NCBI GenBank assembly: GCA_965231155.1
Contig: OZ246418.1
Location: forward strand, 368,751-432,750
Origin: an uncultured Candidatus Saccharibacteria bacterium
Lineage (GTDB): Bacteria > Patescibacteriota > Minisyncoccia > UBA6257 > 2-01-FULL-56-20
Length of the DNA stretch: 64,000 nucleotides
Direction: 5' to 3'
The notes beneath the pieces were generated by a model that was not told the origin of the DNA, ran no database searches, and saw only the letters and a program-made list of their open reading frames with translations. Each line of letters starts with the position of its first letter. Within the stretch, counting starts at the first letter, position 1. Below, piece after piece: positions 10,231 to 19,243 of this stretch. The position numbers were made by a program, and so were the translations under genes.

Positions 10231-12471
10231 ATGGTTATGCAACCGACAAAAGTTATAAAAATATTGCAGTGGTTGATTTTCGGCATTGTTTTTTTAGTGC
10301 CGCTTTTCTATGTGCGTCAGAGTGTCTATCCATACACTTTCGCGAAAACTCTTTTTTTCCAAGCCTTAGTAGAGATTGCTTTCTTTCTTTGGCTAGCTCT
10401 TGCGGTTAAAGATCAACGATTGAGACCTCGTTTTACCCCGATTACCCTTGCGGTGGGGGGTTTTCTATTGGTGGCTGCCACGACCGCCTTCTTTGGAGTT
10501 GATTTTTGGAGAAGTCTTTGGTCAACCCAGGAGAGAATGGTAGGAATTATTACTTTTCTCCACTTGGCGGTGTTTATGCTGGTAGTCAGTTCTCTTCGAG
10601 AGCACATTTCTCGACAGTGGCTCCTTTTTACTTCAGTTCTCACAGCCGACATAGTTAGTTTTTTGGCCTTCCTCCAACTCAACGTGCCAAATCTGCTTCT
10701 TACTGAGTCGGTGGGAAGTCGTCCCGGGGCGACCTTTGGAAACCCGACGTTTTTCGCTGGGTATCTTCTTTTTCATATCTTTATTGCGCTCTATTATTTT
10801 CTTTTCGAGAAAAATGCTCCGTCTTCAGCAAGTTGGTATAAATGGTTCTTTGGAGGGTCGTTTGTGTGTTTATCTATTGCACTTTTCATTACTCAAACAA
10901 GAGGAGATATTTTAGGGTTTGGGTTGGGAATCCTTACTCTTTTCTTTTTGTTCGCTTTGCAGCCACCGCTCTCTTCGGGGATCGGTGCTCGGCGATCTTT
11001 TTATTTTGGCTGTCTAGGTATTTTTGTTTTAATAGTTTCGGGATTTTGGCTTACTCGTTCGGCATCAGTATGGAAGGGAGTTCCTGGTCTTGAAAGATTT
11101 CAGAACCTGACTTTTTCGAGCAGTGAAATTGAACCGCGCCTCTTTGCCTATCGGGCTGCCTGGCAGGGTTTTTTAGAACGGCCTACTGGCTGGGGTTGGG
11201 AAAACTTTAATGTGGTTTCTAATAAGTATTATCAGCCAAGCTTATTGCAGTATAACTATGTGGAAACAAGATTTGATAAGCCACACAATGTCTTTCTTGA
11301 GTACTTAGTGACCGGCGGCGCCTTATTGCTATTGGCTTATTGCGCCATGTTAATCGTTCTCATCAAGCAGGCTTGGCGGAAAGACGATCTATTATTTGGA
11401 CAGATCGTTGTCGCTATCGTTGTGAGCTACTCTGTAAGGAATCTGTTCGTATTTGAAACGCTTGGACCATTGCTTATACTTTTTCTCCTTCTCGGCCTGG
11501 TTGATGGTGCATACCGAAGAGGTTCTGAAAATACAACAGCAAGACCTAAGGGAAACTCACGAGGAGCACATTCTTTTAGTAGTCCATGGCCAGGCTTAGT
11601 AGTTGGCTTGATGGTGGCGTATGGTATGTTCGTCATTCCACTACAAGCAACATATCACCAGTTTTGGGGGTTCCATCTTTTCATTCGTAATCAATCTCAG
11701 AAAGCAGTCGAGAGCTTTGAGAAGGCGATAGCACTTCCTACGCCATATCGTTGGAATATACAGAGAGATTATGCTGCAGCTATTACCCAGGCCTACTTTT
11801 ATAATCCAACTTCGGTGTCTGTAGAGGCGGTTCGAAGAGCTATCAAGGGAATGGAAGAGGTGGCCGAGAAACATCCATTAGATGCGTATAATCATTATGC
11901 ATTAGTTGATATGTACAACGAGGCCTCTGATGCAGATCCTCAGTATCTTAGTAAGGCTGAGAAGCAAGCAGAGATTGCTTTGAGTCTCAGTCCAAATCGG
12001 CAACAGGTGCTTTTCTCATTAGCTAAAACAAAAACTCTCAAGAAGGAGAATCTGGTTGCTCTAGATATTTTGAAGAAAGCTCTTGATCTTGAGCCCAAAG
12101 TCCCAGATGCGCATTTCTATTATGGTCTTTTGGCTCACGTGGTTGGTCAGAAAGATCTTGCATACAAAGAGCTGAAGGAGGCCATTGCTATGGGTCGACA
12201 GTGGAAGAATGTGAATGAACCGATACTAGTAGGGAATTTCTTTGCTGATCAGGGACACTTGAGTGATGCGATTATGGCTTACAAACAGGCAGGATTAATG
12301 GATCCAGAGAATCTTGAGGTGATGGCAAAGTTGGGTGTCGCTTACTACTTCGCTGGAGATCGAGATCTTGCTCGCATCGAGCTTCAGAAGCTCAAGAATA
12401 AAACTGATCTCCGTTCTTCTCCTGGATATGCAGATATGGCTCCGATTCTTCGGGCTCTTGGACTAGAGTAG
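10231..12471 (+). CDS. O-antigen ligase / O-oligosaccharyltransferase family membrane protein with C-terminal TPRs
   Basis: Multiple TM helices, ATFGNPTFFAGY, TQTRG, GWGWENF, FDKPHNVFLE (Wzy_C-type), TPR-like tail; start moved to ATG downstream of the terminator. Confidence 0.85.
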   Translation: MVMQPTKVIKILQWLIFGIVFLVPLFYVRQSVYPYTFAKTLFFQALVEIAFFLWLALAVKDQRLRPRFTPITLAVGGFLLVAATTAFFGVDFWRSLWSTQERMVGIITFLHLAVFMLVVSSLREHISRQWLLFTSVLTADIVSFLAFLQLNVPNLLLTESVGSRPGATFGNPTFFAGYLLFHIFIALYYFLFEKNAPSSASWYKWFFGGSFVCLSIALFITQTRGDILGFGLGILTLFFLFALQPPLSSGIGARRSFYFGCLGIFVLIVSGFWLTRSASVWKGVPGLERFQNLTFSSSEIEPRLFAYRAAWQGFLERPTGWGWENFNVVSNKYYQPSLLQYNYVETRFDKPHNVFLEYLVTGGALLLLAYCAMLIVLIKQAWRKDDLLFGQIVVAIVVSYSVRNLFVFETLGPLLILFLLLGLVDGAYRRGSENTTARPKGNSRGAHSFSSPWPGLVVGLMVAYGMFVIPLQATYHQFWGFHLFIRNQSQKAVESFEKAIALPTPYRWNIQRDYAAAITQAYFYNPTSVSVEAVRRAIKGMEEVAEKHPLDAYNHYALVDMYNEASDADPQYLSKAEKQAEIALSLSPNRQQVLFSLAKTKTLKKENLVALDILKKALDLEPKVPDAHFYYGLLAHVVGQKDLAYKELKEAIAMGRQWKNVNEPILVGNFFADQGHLSDAIMAYKQAGLMDPENLEVMAKLGVAYYFAGDRDLARIELQKLKNKTDLRSSPGYADMAPILRALGLE

Positions 12472-12510
12472 GTGTGAAAGGGGGATTTGTGGCGTAAAAT
12501 CTCACTTATT

Positions 12511-12540
12511 TGCTATAATGGGGGTATAAGAAAGGTCGAG
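12511..12540 (+). promoter_or_regulatory. Extended -10 promoter and AAAGGTCGAG motif of hup
   Basis: TGcTATAAT at 12511-12519; AAAGGTCGAG at 12531-12540. Confidence 0.7.
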
Positions 12541-12569
12541 GCGTTCTTATTTCTTATTTATATATATTT

Positions 12570-12845
12570 ATGACTAAAGATGGATTGGCAGAAGCCATAA
12601 TGAAAGCGACTGGCATTGAGCACAAAAGCCATGCTAAGCAGGCCGTTGAGGCAGTCTTTGAGGTTATCACGAAGACTCTTGGTCGTGGTGAGGAGGTGGC
12701 CATCGCCGGTTTTGGTAGTTTCCGAGTGGCCAAGAGAGCAGCACGCATGGGAATCAATCCGAAGACTGGAGAGAAGATCCATATTGCCGCTTCGGTGAAG
12801 CCAAAGTTTCGAGCGGGGAAGGCTCTTAAAGAAGCCGTCGCTTAA
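12570..12845 (+). CDS. hup: DNA-binding protein HU
   Basis: IAGFGSFRV..RAARMGINPKTGE..PKFRAGKALKEAV; 91 aa. Confidence 0.96.
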   Translation: MTKDGLAEAIMKATGIEHKSHAKQAVEAVFEVITKTLGRGEEVAIAGFGSFRVAKRAARMGINPKTGEKIHIAASVKPKFRAGKALKEAVA

Positions 12846-12867
12846 GATTTTAAATTTGAAGTTGAAG

Positions 12868-12907
12868 GTAAAAAAATACTTCCCTTAGAGGGGAAGTATT
12901 TTTTTAC
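12868..12907. terminator. Bidirectional intrinsic terminator between convergent genes
   Basis: Perfect 17-bp inverted repeat gtaaaaaaatacttccc/gggaagtatttttttac; right arm lies in the last codons of the minus-strand gene. Confidence 0.85.
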
Positions 12908-13658
12908 TGGCGTCGCTGATCTTTAGAAGAACGGTGTACGACTGACTGAGTTTCTCTAGAGATTCTTTCGTGAATGCGTGACTTTTTTCTACTTCGTGAT
13001 TAGCGAGACTCTGCCACGCTTTTCTGTTTTGAAGTACTGCCTGATCAAAAATCGTGAGAGCCTCTTTTTCAAGAGCAACAATCTCGTGATCGCCAGGGAG
13101 GCTAAAGGCATCGAGTGTCTTTTTAATATCCTTAAATCGCTTTCCTCCAACTTCAAACAAGGCCTGGCTGTCCGTCCAATTAAGGAGAGTGCTGACAAGG
13201 GAGTCGAGAGGTTCGTCGATTTGCTTCCTTCTTTCGGAGATGTCTTTCGCGAAATCCTTAGCCCCTTTTAATCCAAGATTATCAATCTGGGTTTGTTTGT
13301 AGTTGTAAAAACTAATATTTTCTTCGATTTGTCGATGAATCCACTCAGCGAAAGCGCTTACTTCCGGAGAAGGATTTTTGATTTCAGACAGTTGGGCATC
13401 AAGATCATCAGCGTCTTTCTTGAGACACGAGAGAGTAATCTTGAGGATGTTCTTCCTGGCATTCAGTTCGCGTACGATACTTTTCTGATCGCCATCATTC
13501 GTGAGGGCCTGAATTTCTTTTAGCTTTGTAATGGTATCGCCAAAATCACAGGTGGTTGTTTGCGCCTGAGCTTGGTGGGGGAGTGTGGTTAATAGAGACA
13601 AAGAAAAGACCGCAAGGAGAGAAGCGGCGAGGGTCTTTGTATGGCGTGTAAATTCCAT
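12885..13658 (-). CDS. Secreted helical protein of unknown function
   Basis: Signal peptide ending AQA-Q, coiled-coil-like body; start overlaps stop of upstream gene. Confidence 0.75.
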   Translation of the reverse strand: MEFTRHTKTLAASLLAVFSLSLLTTLPHQAQAQTTTCDFGDTITKLKEIQALTNDGDQKSIVRELNARKNILKITLSCLKKDADDLDAQLSEIKNPSPEVSAFAEWIHRQIEENISFYNYKQTQIDNLGLKGAKDFAKDISERRKQIDEPLDSLVSTLLNWTDSQALFEVGGKRFKDIKKTLDAFSLPGDHEIVALEKEALTIFDQAVLQNRKAWQSLANHEVEKSHAFTKESLEKLSQSYTVLLKISDASKKILPL

Positions 13659-14134
13659 TATTCAGAGAGAAGTTCGAGAACATCCTCTATTGTGGGAGGA
13701 GTAGAGGTTTCTGCTTGAGGAGTTGAGGTGCTCTGCTTGGGAGCTATGATCGCTGTTCTGAGAGATTTCTTTTTGGCGATTCGGGAAGTGTTAGAAGTGG
13801 GTAGTGTGCTTGAGCTTTCAATATAATCGACGTCGAGGAGCTTGATCTGAATATCGATGGCTTCTGCCTCAGCTCGTAGACCACCCGAGTTCAAGCTTCC
13901 TGACTGAATTGGAGAGAAGAGAGAGTTTAAGGAAGAATTGCCAAGCATTACTAAAAAGAGAAGGCTCACAAGGGCAACCGCACTGCCATATTCAGCGATA
14001 TGTAAAAGAGTCAAAGACAGCCAACGCTTGGAGTTGCGAGGGCTCCCGATAATCGCGTTTAAAGAACGGTCAGTATAGCGCTGATCCGGTTCGATAGTTC
14101 TTAGCTTATGTAAAATGTGTTCAAGATTATTCAT
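13658..14134 (-). CDS. Single-pass membrane protein, probable anti-sigma factor
   Basis: Overlaps ECF sigma stop; short cytoplasmic N-terminus (MNNLEHILHKLRTIEPD), one TM helix, S/T-rich tail. Confidence 0.6.
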   Translation of the reverse strand: MNNLEHILHKLRTIEPDQRYTDRSLNAIIGSPRNSKRWLSLTLLHIAEYGSAVALVSLLFLVMLGNSSLNSLFSPIQSGSLNSGGLRAEAEAIDIQIKLLDVDYIESSSTLPTSNTSRIAKKKSLRTAIIAPKQSTSTPQAETSTPPTIEDVLELLSE

Positions 14135-14717
14135 TAACGAGAGAGCGTAATTTTTCCATAGCCCGATGCTGTAAAAGTTTGATTGATCCTTCGCTTTTTT
14201 TAAGGGCGAGGGCAACTTCCTTTGTTGAGTAGTCTTCGACAAAGCGCATGATGATCACGTCCTGATGCTCTGGCTTGAGCTTGAGGATCGCACTTCTCAC
14301 CGCTTGCACATCGAGATCGCGGTCGAGTTGATCGCTGATTTCGTTGCCTCCTGCGAACGCTTCTGGGTCGATATCGTCGATAGAGATATTGGCTTTCTTG
14401 GTTCGGTAGGAGTCGATGACTTGGTTTCTGGCCATACGGTAGAGCCAACTACCGAAGGGGAAACCTCGAGGCTTGAAATTTTCGATGTTCTGCCAGGCCT
14501 TCAGAAAGACCTGATGGGTGAGGTCCTCAGCCTCCTCACGACGGCCAACTTTAAAGTATATAAACCGATAAATTTTCGGCTGATAGTGCTTATAAAGTAG
14601 GCCGAAGGCTGAGGCCTCTCCCCGGATGGCGTTTTTTAGAATATCGTCCTCACCATCTATCATAGATAACGATTGGGGGTCACTTTGGTTACGGAATATG
14701 TAGGAAAAATCAGTCAT
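14127..14717 (-). CDS. ECF RNA polymerase sigma factor
   Basis: AEDLTHQVFLKAW, FGSWLYRMARNQVID (region 2), STKEVALALKKSEGSIKLLQHRA (region 4); alternative start 14663. Confidence 0.92.
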   Translation of the reverse strand: MTDFSYIFRNQSDPQSLSMIDGEDDILKNAIRGEASAFGLLYKHYQPKIYRFIYFKVGRREEAEDLTHQVFLKAWQNIENFKPRGFPFGSWLYRMARNQVIDSYRTKKANISIDDIDPEAFAGGNEISDQLDRDLDVQAVRSAILKLKPEHQDVIIMRFVEDYSTKEVALALKKSEGSIKLLQHRAMEKLRSLVNE

Positions 14718-14756
14718 TTTGCCAATTCACCTTATTATACGACTTTTCCGTTTTTT

Positions 14757-14830
14757 TGGAGCGGGATACCAGAATCGGACTGGCGCCTCGTCCTTGGCAA
14801 GGACGTGTACTACCACTATACGAATCCCGC
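14757..14830 (-). tRNA. tRNA-Gly(GCC)
   Basis: Cloverleaf, acceptor gcgggat/atcccgc, anticodon arm cgtcc-ttgccaa-ggacg, encoded CCA. Confidence 0.93.
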
Positions 14831-14929
14831 GAATAGTTCAGGTAATCGGCGAGAATTATTCTAGCTGGTACCAGGCAAGAAATCAAACATTGGGTTTGGG
14901 GAGGCTTCATTTTAGTGTATTCTAGAGGG

Positions 14930-15373
14930 ATGAAGAAGTCTTGGCTGTCGAACGGTGAGTATTCACGGATATTTTCTAAGGTGCCACGAGTGGCTGTTGA
15001 CTTGGTCTTGGAGACTGAGGCTGGCCTTTTGTTGAGTTTACGGAAGATCGCTCCGTACAAGGGCTACTGGCATCTTCCTGGTGGACGAGTAAATTTTCGG
15101 GAGTCTCTTTTCTCTGCAGCACAGAGGATTGCTCAGGAGGAGTTGGGTTTGTCGGTTCGACCTCTAAAGATCTTGGGGACGATGGAATTTCTGAAAGAGG
15201 TGCAGCACGGTGAGTCCCGTCATACGGTCAGTACTGCGATTGCAGTCGAACCACTATCGAAGGATATTGTGCTTGATCACCAGGCTTCGGCCGTTCGTTT
15301 CTTTAAGAAACTCCCAAAGAAGACGGTTTTGGAGCAGCGTAAGTTTTTAAGAGAAATTGGATGGAAGATTTAA
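14930..15373 (+). CDS. NUDIX hydrolase
   Basis: WHLPGGRVNFRESLFSAAQRIAQEELGL Nudix box. Confidence 0.88.
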   Translation: MKKSWLSNGEYSRIFSKVPRVAVDLVLETEAGLLLSLRKIAPYKGYWHLPGGRVNFRESLFSAAQRIAQEELGLSVRPLKILGTMEFLKEVQHGESRHTVSTAIAVEPLSKDIVLDHQASAVRFFKKLPKKTVLEQRKFLREIGWKI

Positions 15374-15425
15374 GTGGTATTGTAGAATTCTCTAAAGGAG
15401 GCTATATTTTTAATCGTTTCCGAAA

Positions 15426-15497
15426 GCCCTCGTCGTTCAACGGATAGGACACGGGATTGCGAATCCCGTAATGCAGGTTCGATTCCTACCGAGGGCA
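15426..15497 (+). tRNA. tRNA-Arg(GCG)
   Basis: Acceptor gccctcg/cgagggc, anticodon arm cggga-ttgcgaa-tcccg, T loop ttcgatt. Confidence 0.92.
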
Positions 15498-15505
15498 CCG
15501 AGAGT

Positions 15506-15531
15506 AAAAATAAGCCGTAAGGCTTATTTTT
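15506..15531. terminator. Intrinsic terminator after tRNA-Arg
   Basis: aaaaataagcc-gtaa-ggcttattttt. Confidence 0.85.
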
Positions 15532-15563
15532 GATTGAGGGGCTAAGGTAAGAATAGCGGAGCC

Positions 15564-15579
15564 TTCCTACCGAGGGCAC
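15564..15579 (+). repeat. Direct repeat of tRNA-Arg 3' end
   Basis: ttcctaccgagggcac identical to 15483-15498. Confidence 0.9.
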
Positions 15580-15600
15580 TGCGATTTCCTTAGGATATTT

Positions 15601-16065
15601 TTAGAACCTTACCAGTCGTTCAATGACGTCGGAAAGTGTCGGCTCCATCTCTTTTTTTCGTCCGTGGAGTTTCAGTCTTTGTTCGATTGGTTTTTGTAAC
15701 TCTTTGGGCATCAGGATTCGCATCATGGGGCGGATCTTTTTAAAGGCTAGGCCAATCTCCATATATTTTTCTTCTTCACCGAGATCGATGAAACCGAAGT
15801 GATCGAGTTCTTTTAATGGATGGTTCTCTCTTTTCTCGATAATTAAACTTTTATCGTTCAGTTCGAATAAGATTTCTCGAGGCGGTCGATTACCCCAAAC
15901 GAGAACCAGGACTTCAGCAATGACAATGAAAATTCCGAACAGAAAGTTTTGAGAGAGGATGGCGGTGGTGAGGAGAATTATGGCAATAATGATAGAGGCC
16001 CAAGACCAGAGGACTTCTTTCTCGTGATGTTCAAACTCTGGGGCGGTCCAGGTAATGTCTTCCAT
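15601..16065 (-). CDS. Two-TM membrane protein of unknown function
   Basis: MEDITWTAPEFEHHEK start, two hydrophobic helices, soluble C-terminus; extended -10 box 6 nt before ATG 16065. Confidence 0.75.
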   Translation of the reverse strand: MEDITWTAPEFEHHEKEVLWSWASIIIAIILLTTAILSQNFLFGIFIVIAEVLVLVWGNRPPREILFELNDKSLIIEKRENHPLKELDHFGFIDLGEEEKYMEIGLAFKKIRPMMRILMPKELQKPIEQRLKLHGRKKEMEPTLSDVIERLVRF

Positions 16066-16108
16066 GTATTTACTATAGCATACGAGGAGATTTGATATAA
16101 TCTGACTA

Positions 16109-16666
16109 ATGGAATCCGAAAACTCTTTTAGGCTTTCGAAACAAGAGGTGCTACCTCTGGTAGTTGAAAGTTTTGACTTACAAAATATGAGCCTAGGGCT
16201 TCGAGAGGAACTTCGGGCTTTTGTTAAAGAAGAAGGAGAAGCAGTTGCTCTCTTTACTGTTGGCAAAGAGCCAAAAGATCGAAAGGTGATGGAGGGACTT
16301 CAGGCTGTTGCTAATCATGCGATCTATATTTTGGGATCTCTCAAAGAAAAAAATCTTGAGGGCGCAATTACGATCGTGCGGGGAGGTGCCGATAGTAAAA
16401 TCATAGGGGTTGGAGTGATTCAGCTATACATGTCTCGAAGAGACCCAGACAGAGCTCGGTTGTATTTTGGGAGAGCGTGGAATGCAGTAGGAGCTGGTGT
16501 AGCGAACGCCATACTTAAAGAGCAGCTTGTTTATTTAAAATCGCGTGGCATCAAAACTTATAAAGCGCGTGTTTCGGATGCGTCCCGGACGGTGTATCAA
16601 AGAGTTGGAGTTTCCTATGAAGAAGATCCAGAGAACTCAAACGAGTTGCTTGTCTCTCTTGTCTGA
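16109..16666 (+). CDS. Hypothetical protein, possible GNAT fold
   Basis: 185 aa; C-terminal GVANAILKEQLVYLKSRGIK..ASRTVYQRVG resembles GNAT motifs A/B; own extended -10. Confidence 0.55.
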   Translation: MESENSFRLSKQEVLPLVVESFDLQNMSLGLREELRAFVKEEGEAVALFTVGKEPKDRKVMEGLQAVANHAIYILGSLKEKNLEGAITIVRGGADSKIIGVGVIQLYMSRRDPDRARLYFGRAWNAVGAGVANAILKEQLVYLKSRGIKTYKARVSDASRTVYQRVGVSYEEDPENSNELLVSLV

Positions 16667-16681
16667 GGTTCTACATTAGCT

Positions 16682-17389
16682 TCAACGGGCGATGGTGAGG
16701 GCCAGAATGGTTTTCACTCCAGCTGTTTTCAAATTTTTGGCGGCACTGCGGAGCGTGGCACCAGTAGTGGTGACGTCATCAATTAAAATTACTGGTCGGT
16801 TGATGAGGGATTTTTCGGAGACTACAGAAAAGATATCTTTGGCATTTTCTTCACGCTCTTTTTTATTTTTTGTCTGGCTTTGAGGGAGTCGGTGTTTCGT
16901 GCGAACGAGTATGTTTTGAAGGATTGGGATATTGAGTTCTTTGCTAAAAGAGTTTGCGATTTCGGTTGCTTGATTAAAACCACGCTCTCGAAGACGTTCT
17001 CGGCTGAGGGGGATGGGAATAATAACAATATTTTCGTGGGAAATTATTTCTGGGTGGGGATTGAGTTTTTTAATGTAGAGAGCGAGTTGTTTCCCCAGAA
17101 ATACACCAGTGCTTTTGAGGCCACGAAACTTAAGTCCGTGAATCAACTTTTTTGCGAGAGGATTTTCGTACTCGAAAAGACTCCCAAGAAGATAGGGGGT
17201 GTCTTGGTGGCAGATTTTCTTGGCGAGAGGTAGACGCGCACCACAGACACCACAGAAAAGAGTGTCTGGAATAATAATTTTTTTCTGGCAGGCGAGGCAG
17301 AGTGCTTCTTCTTGGTCTGCAATGCTTTTCTGACAGTCGAGACAGCGGGCTGGAAATAAAAGATTAAAGAGACTTGCAAAATAATTCAT
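16682..17389 (-). CDS. comF: ComF family competence protein (double zinc ribbon plus phosphoribosyltransferase)
   Basis: CLDC..CLAC..CGVC, IPIPLS..RERGFNQA, VILIDDVTTTGATL. Confidence 0.92.
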   Translation of the reverse strand: MNYFASLFNLLFPARCLDCQKSIADQEEALCLACQKKIIIPDTLFCGVCGARLPLAKKICHQDTPYLLGSLFEYENPLAKKLIHGLKFRGLKSTGVFLGKQLALYIKKLNPHPEIISHENIVIIPIPLSRERLRERGFNQATEIANSFSKELNIPILQNILVRTKHRLPQSQTKNKKEREENAKDIFSVVSEKSLINRPVILIDDVTTTGATLRSAAKNLKTAGVKTILALTIAR

Positions 17390-17428
17390 GAATGAAGTAT
17401 TTTTCTGTGATACAATGTACATACTACG

Positions 17429-18535
17429 ATGCTTGAATGGCTTAATCCACTCACTGCCTATCAGTCTTTCCGAAGGAGTATGTTTCCTTCGTATTTAGGT
17501 GTGGATATTGGCACAACTTCGATTAAAGTGGTCGAGGTGAAGCCAGGCAAAAAAATGCCGGCTGTGGTGAACTATGGATTTTCTGAGGAGAGTAAGTTTC
17601 TGGGTCGACCAACTTCGGCGATTCAGACAAGTAATCTTAAGCTTTTTGATCAGGAGGCGGCGGAAATTCTCACTTCGATTATTCGCAATATGAAGCCTCA
17701 GACGACTCAGGTGATCGCTTCTTTTCCAATCTTTTCTGCATTCGTGACGGTGCTCGATTTGCCTGATATGACTTCGAGCGAGTTGCAGTCCTCGATTGCT
17801 TTTCAGGCGAAGCAGTATATTCCTTTGCCGATTTCAGAAGTAAGTTTGGAGTGGATTAAAGTAGGTGAGTACAATGATGATAAAGGGTATCGTCATCAGC
17901 AGATTCTCTTACTTTCAGTTCCGTTGGAACATATCAATAAGTTCAAAAAGATTTTTGAAGATGCGGGATTGGAGTTGCGGTGGCTTGAGTTGGAGAGTTT
18001 GAGCTTGGGGAGGATTTTGATTGGCAGTGATCCGACACCAACCGTTGTGGTTGATATAGGGAGTCGATCAACAAACATTGCTTTCTTTGAAGGTGGACAG
18101 TTGCGTTTCAACGGACAGAGCGATTTTGGAGGTGCGGCACTAACACAGGCCTTGGCTTCAAGCTTGAACGTGAATCCGAGGCGAGCTGAAGAGTTAAAAA
18201 AAGAACGAGGGTTGGTTGGTACGGGCGCCGAGTACGAGTTGTCCACAATAATGCTACCGTTTTTAGATGCTATAATAGGAGATGTCAAGAAGAGCGAGTT
18301 TAATTACAAGGGGCAGTTTGTGAATGCCAAGCCTGTTGAGCGGGTGATTCTTTCCGGTGGGGGGGCGAATCTTTTGGGAGTTGAGAAGTACTTCGAAAGA
18401 GAGCTTAGTCATCCCACAGTGAAAGCCTCTCCATTCCTTCGGTTTGAGTATCCGCCAATCATGGAACCCTTGGTGCCACAACTAAACTCTTTTTTCACCG
18501 TGGCGTTAGGTTTGGGAGCGAAGGAACTTATCTAA
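17429..18535 (+). CDS. pilM: Type IV pilus assembly protein PilM
   Basis: LGVDIGTTSIKVVE, VVDIGSRST, ILSGGGANL, VALGLG actin-like motifs. Confidence 0.92.
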   Translation: MLEWLNPLTAYQSFRRSMFPSYLGVDIGTTSIKVVEVKPGKKMPAVVNYGFSEESKFLGRPTSAIQTSNLKLFDQEAAEILTSIIRNMKPQTTQVIASFPIFSAFVTVLDLPDMTSSELQSSIAFQAKQYIPLPISEVSLEWIKVGEYNDDKGYRHQQILLLSVPLEHINKFKKIFEDAGLELRWLELESLSLGRILIGSDPTPTVVVDIGSRSTNIAFFEGGQLRFNGQSDFGGAALTQALASSLNVNPRRAEELKKERGLVGTGAEYELSTIMLPFLDAIIGDVKKSEFNYKGQFVNAKPVERVILSGGGANLLGVEKYFERELSHPTVKASPFLRFEYPPIMEPLVPQLNSFFTVALGLGAKELI

Positions 18536-18544
18536 AACTATTGC

Positions 18545-19234
18545 ATGGCTCTTCCCACTAAAGTTGTTGAACAGTTAAGCCGAGCTCCTGCACGAACTCC
18601 AGGCTGGTCCAGTCGCGTGCTTCTTTTTAGCGCGACTTTTTTTATTTTAAGTCTGGGAATATTTTTGGGGATTCAGTTTGGATATCGACCGTTCCTAGAA
18701 GGGCAGGTCCTTCAGTTAGATAAAGATATTAAAAATTTTTCTGATCAAGTTTCGCCGGCCCAACAAGAAGAGCTCGTTACTTTTTATTCGCAGTTAGACA
18801 ACCTGAGTAACTTGTTGGCTCACCAGGTGCAAACGTCAAAAGTTTTCCAGTGGATTGAGACGAACACAAACACTCAGGTTCAGTTAACCAGTCTTTCTTT
18901 TAATGCGACAACGAAGACACTCACTCTCTCTGGACAGGCGAAAACTATTCTAAATCTTGGAGAACAGTTAAATCGGTTTCAGGCTCAGTCGGAAATTATC
19001 AGCTTGCAACTTTCTCAGCTGAGTCTAAACCAAGGGAGTGGGGGATGGAATTTCTCAGCAACCTTAGTGTTCAACAGGAAATATTTTGATCCGAACCCAG
19101 TCGTTCTTGAGCCAGTAAATAACGAGGATGTTTCACAGGAAGGCGTTCCAGGAGAGACTTCTAATACACCTACTGAGCAATCCTCGACGACGGCGACTTC
19201 ATCTTTGGCGACCACGACAATACCTACTCAGTAA
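18545..19234 (+). CDS. pilN: PilN-like protein
   Basis: Single N-terminal TM, coiled coil, LTLSGQA ferredoxin-like segment; position after pilM. Confidence 0.7.
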   Translation: MALPTKVVEQLSRAPARTPGWSSRVLLFSATFFILSLGIFLGIQFGYRPFLEGQVLQLDKDIKNFSDQVSPAQQEELVTFYSQLDNLSNLLAHQVQTSKVFQWIETNTNTQVQLTSLSFNATTKTLTLSGQAKTILNLGEQLNRFQAQSEIISLQLSQLSLNQGSGGWNFSATLVFNRKYFDPNPVVLEPVNNEDVSQEGVPGETSNTPTEQSSTTATSSLATTTIPTQ

Positions 19235-19243
19235 TTTATTTAT

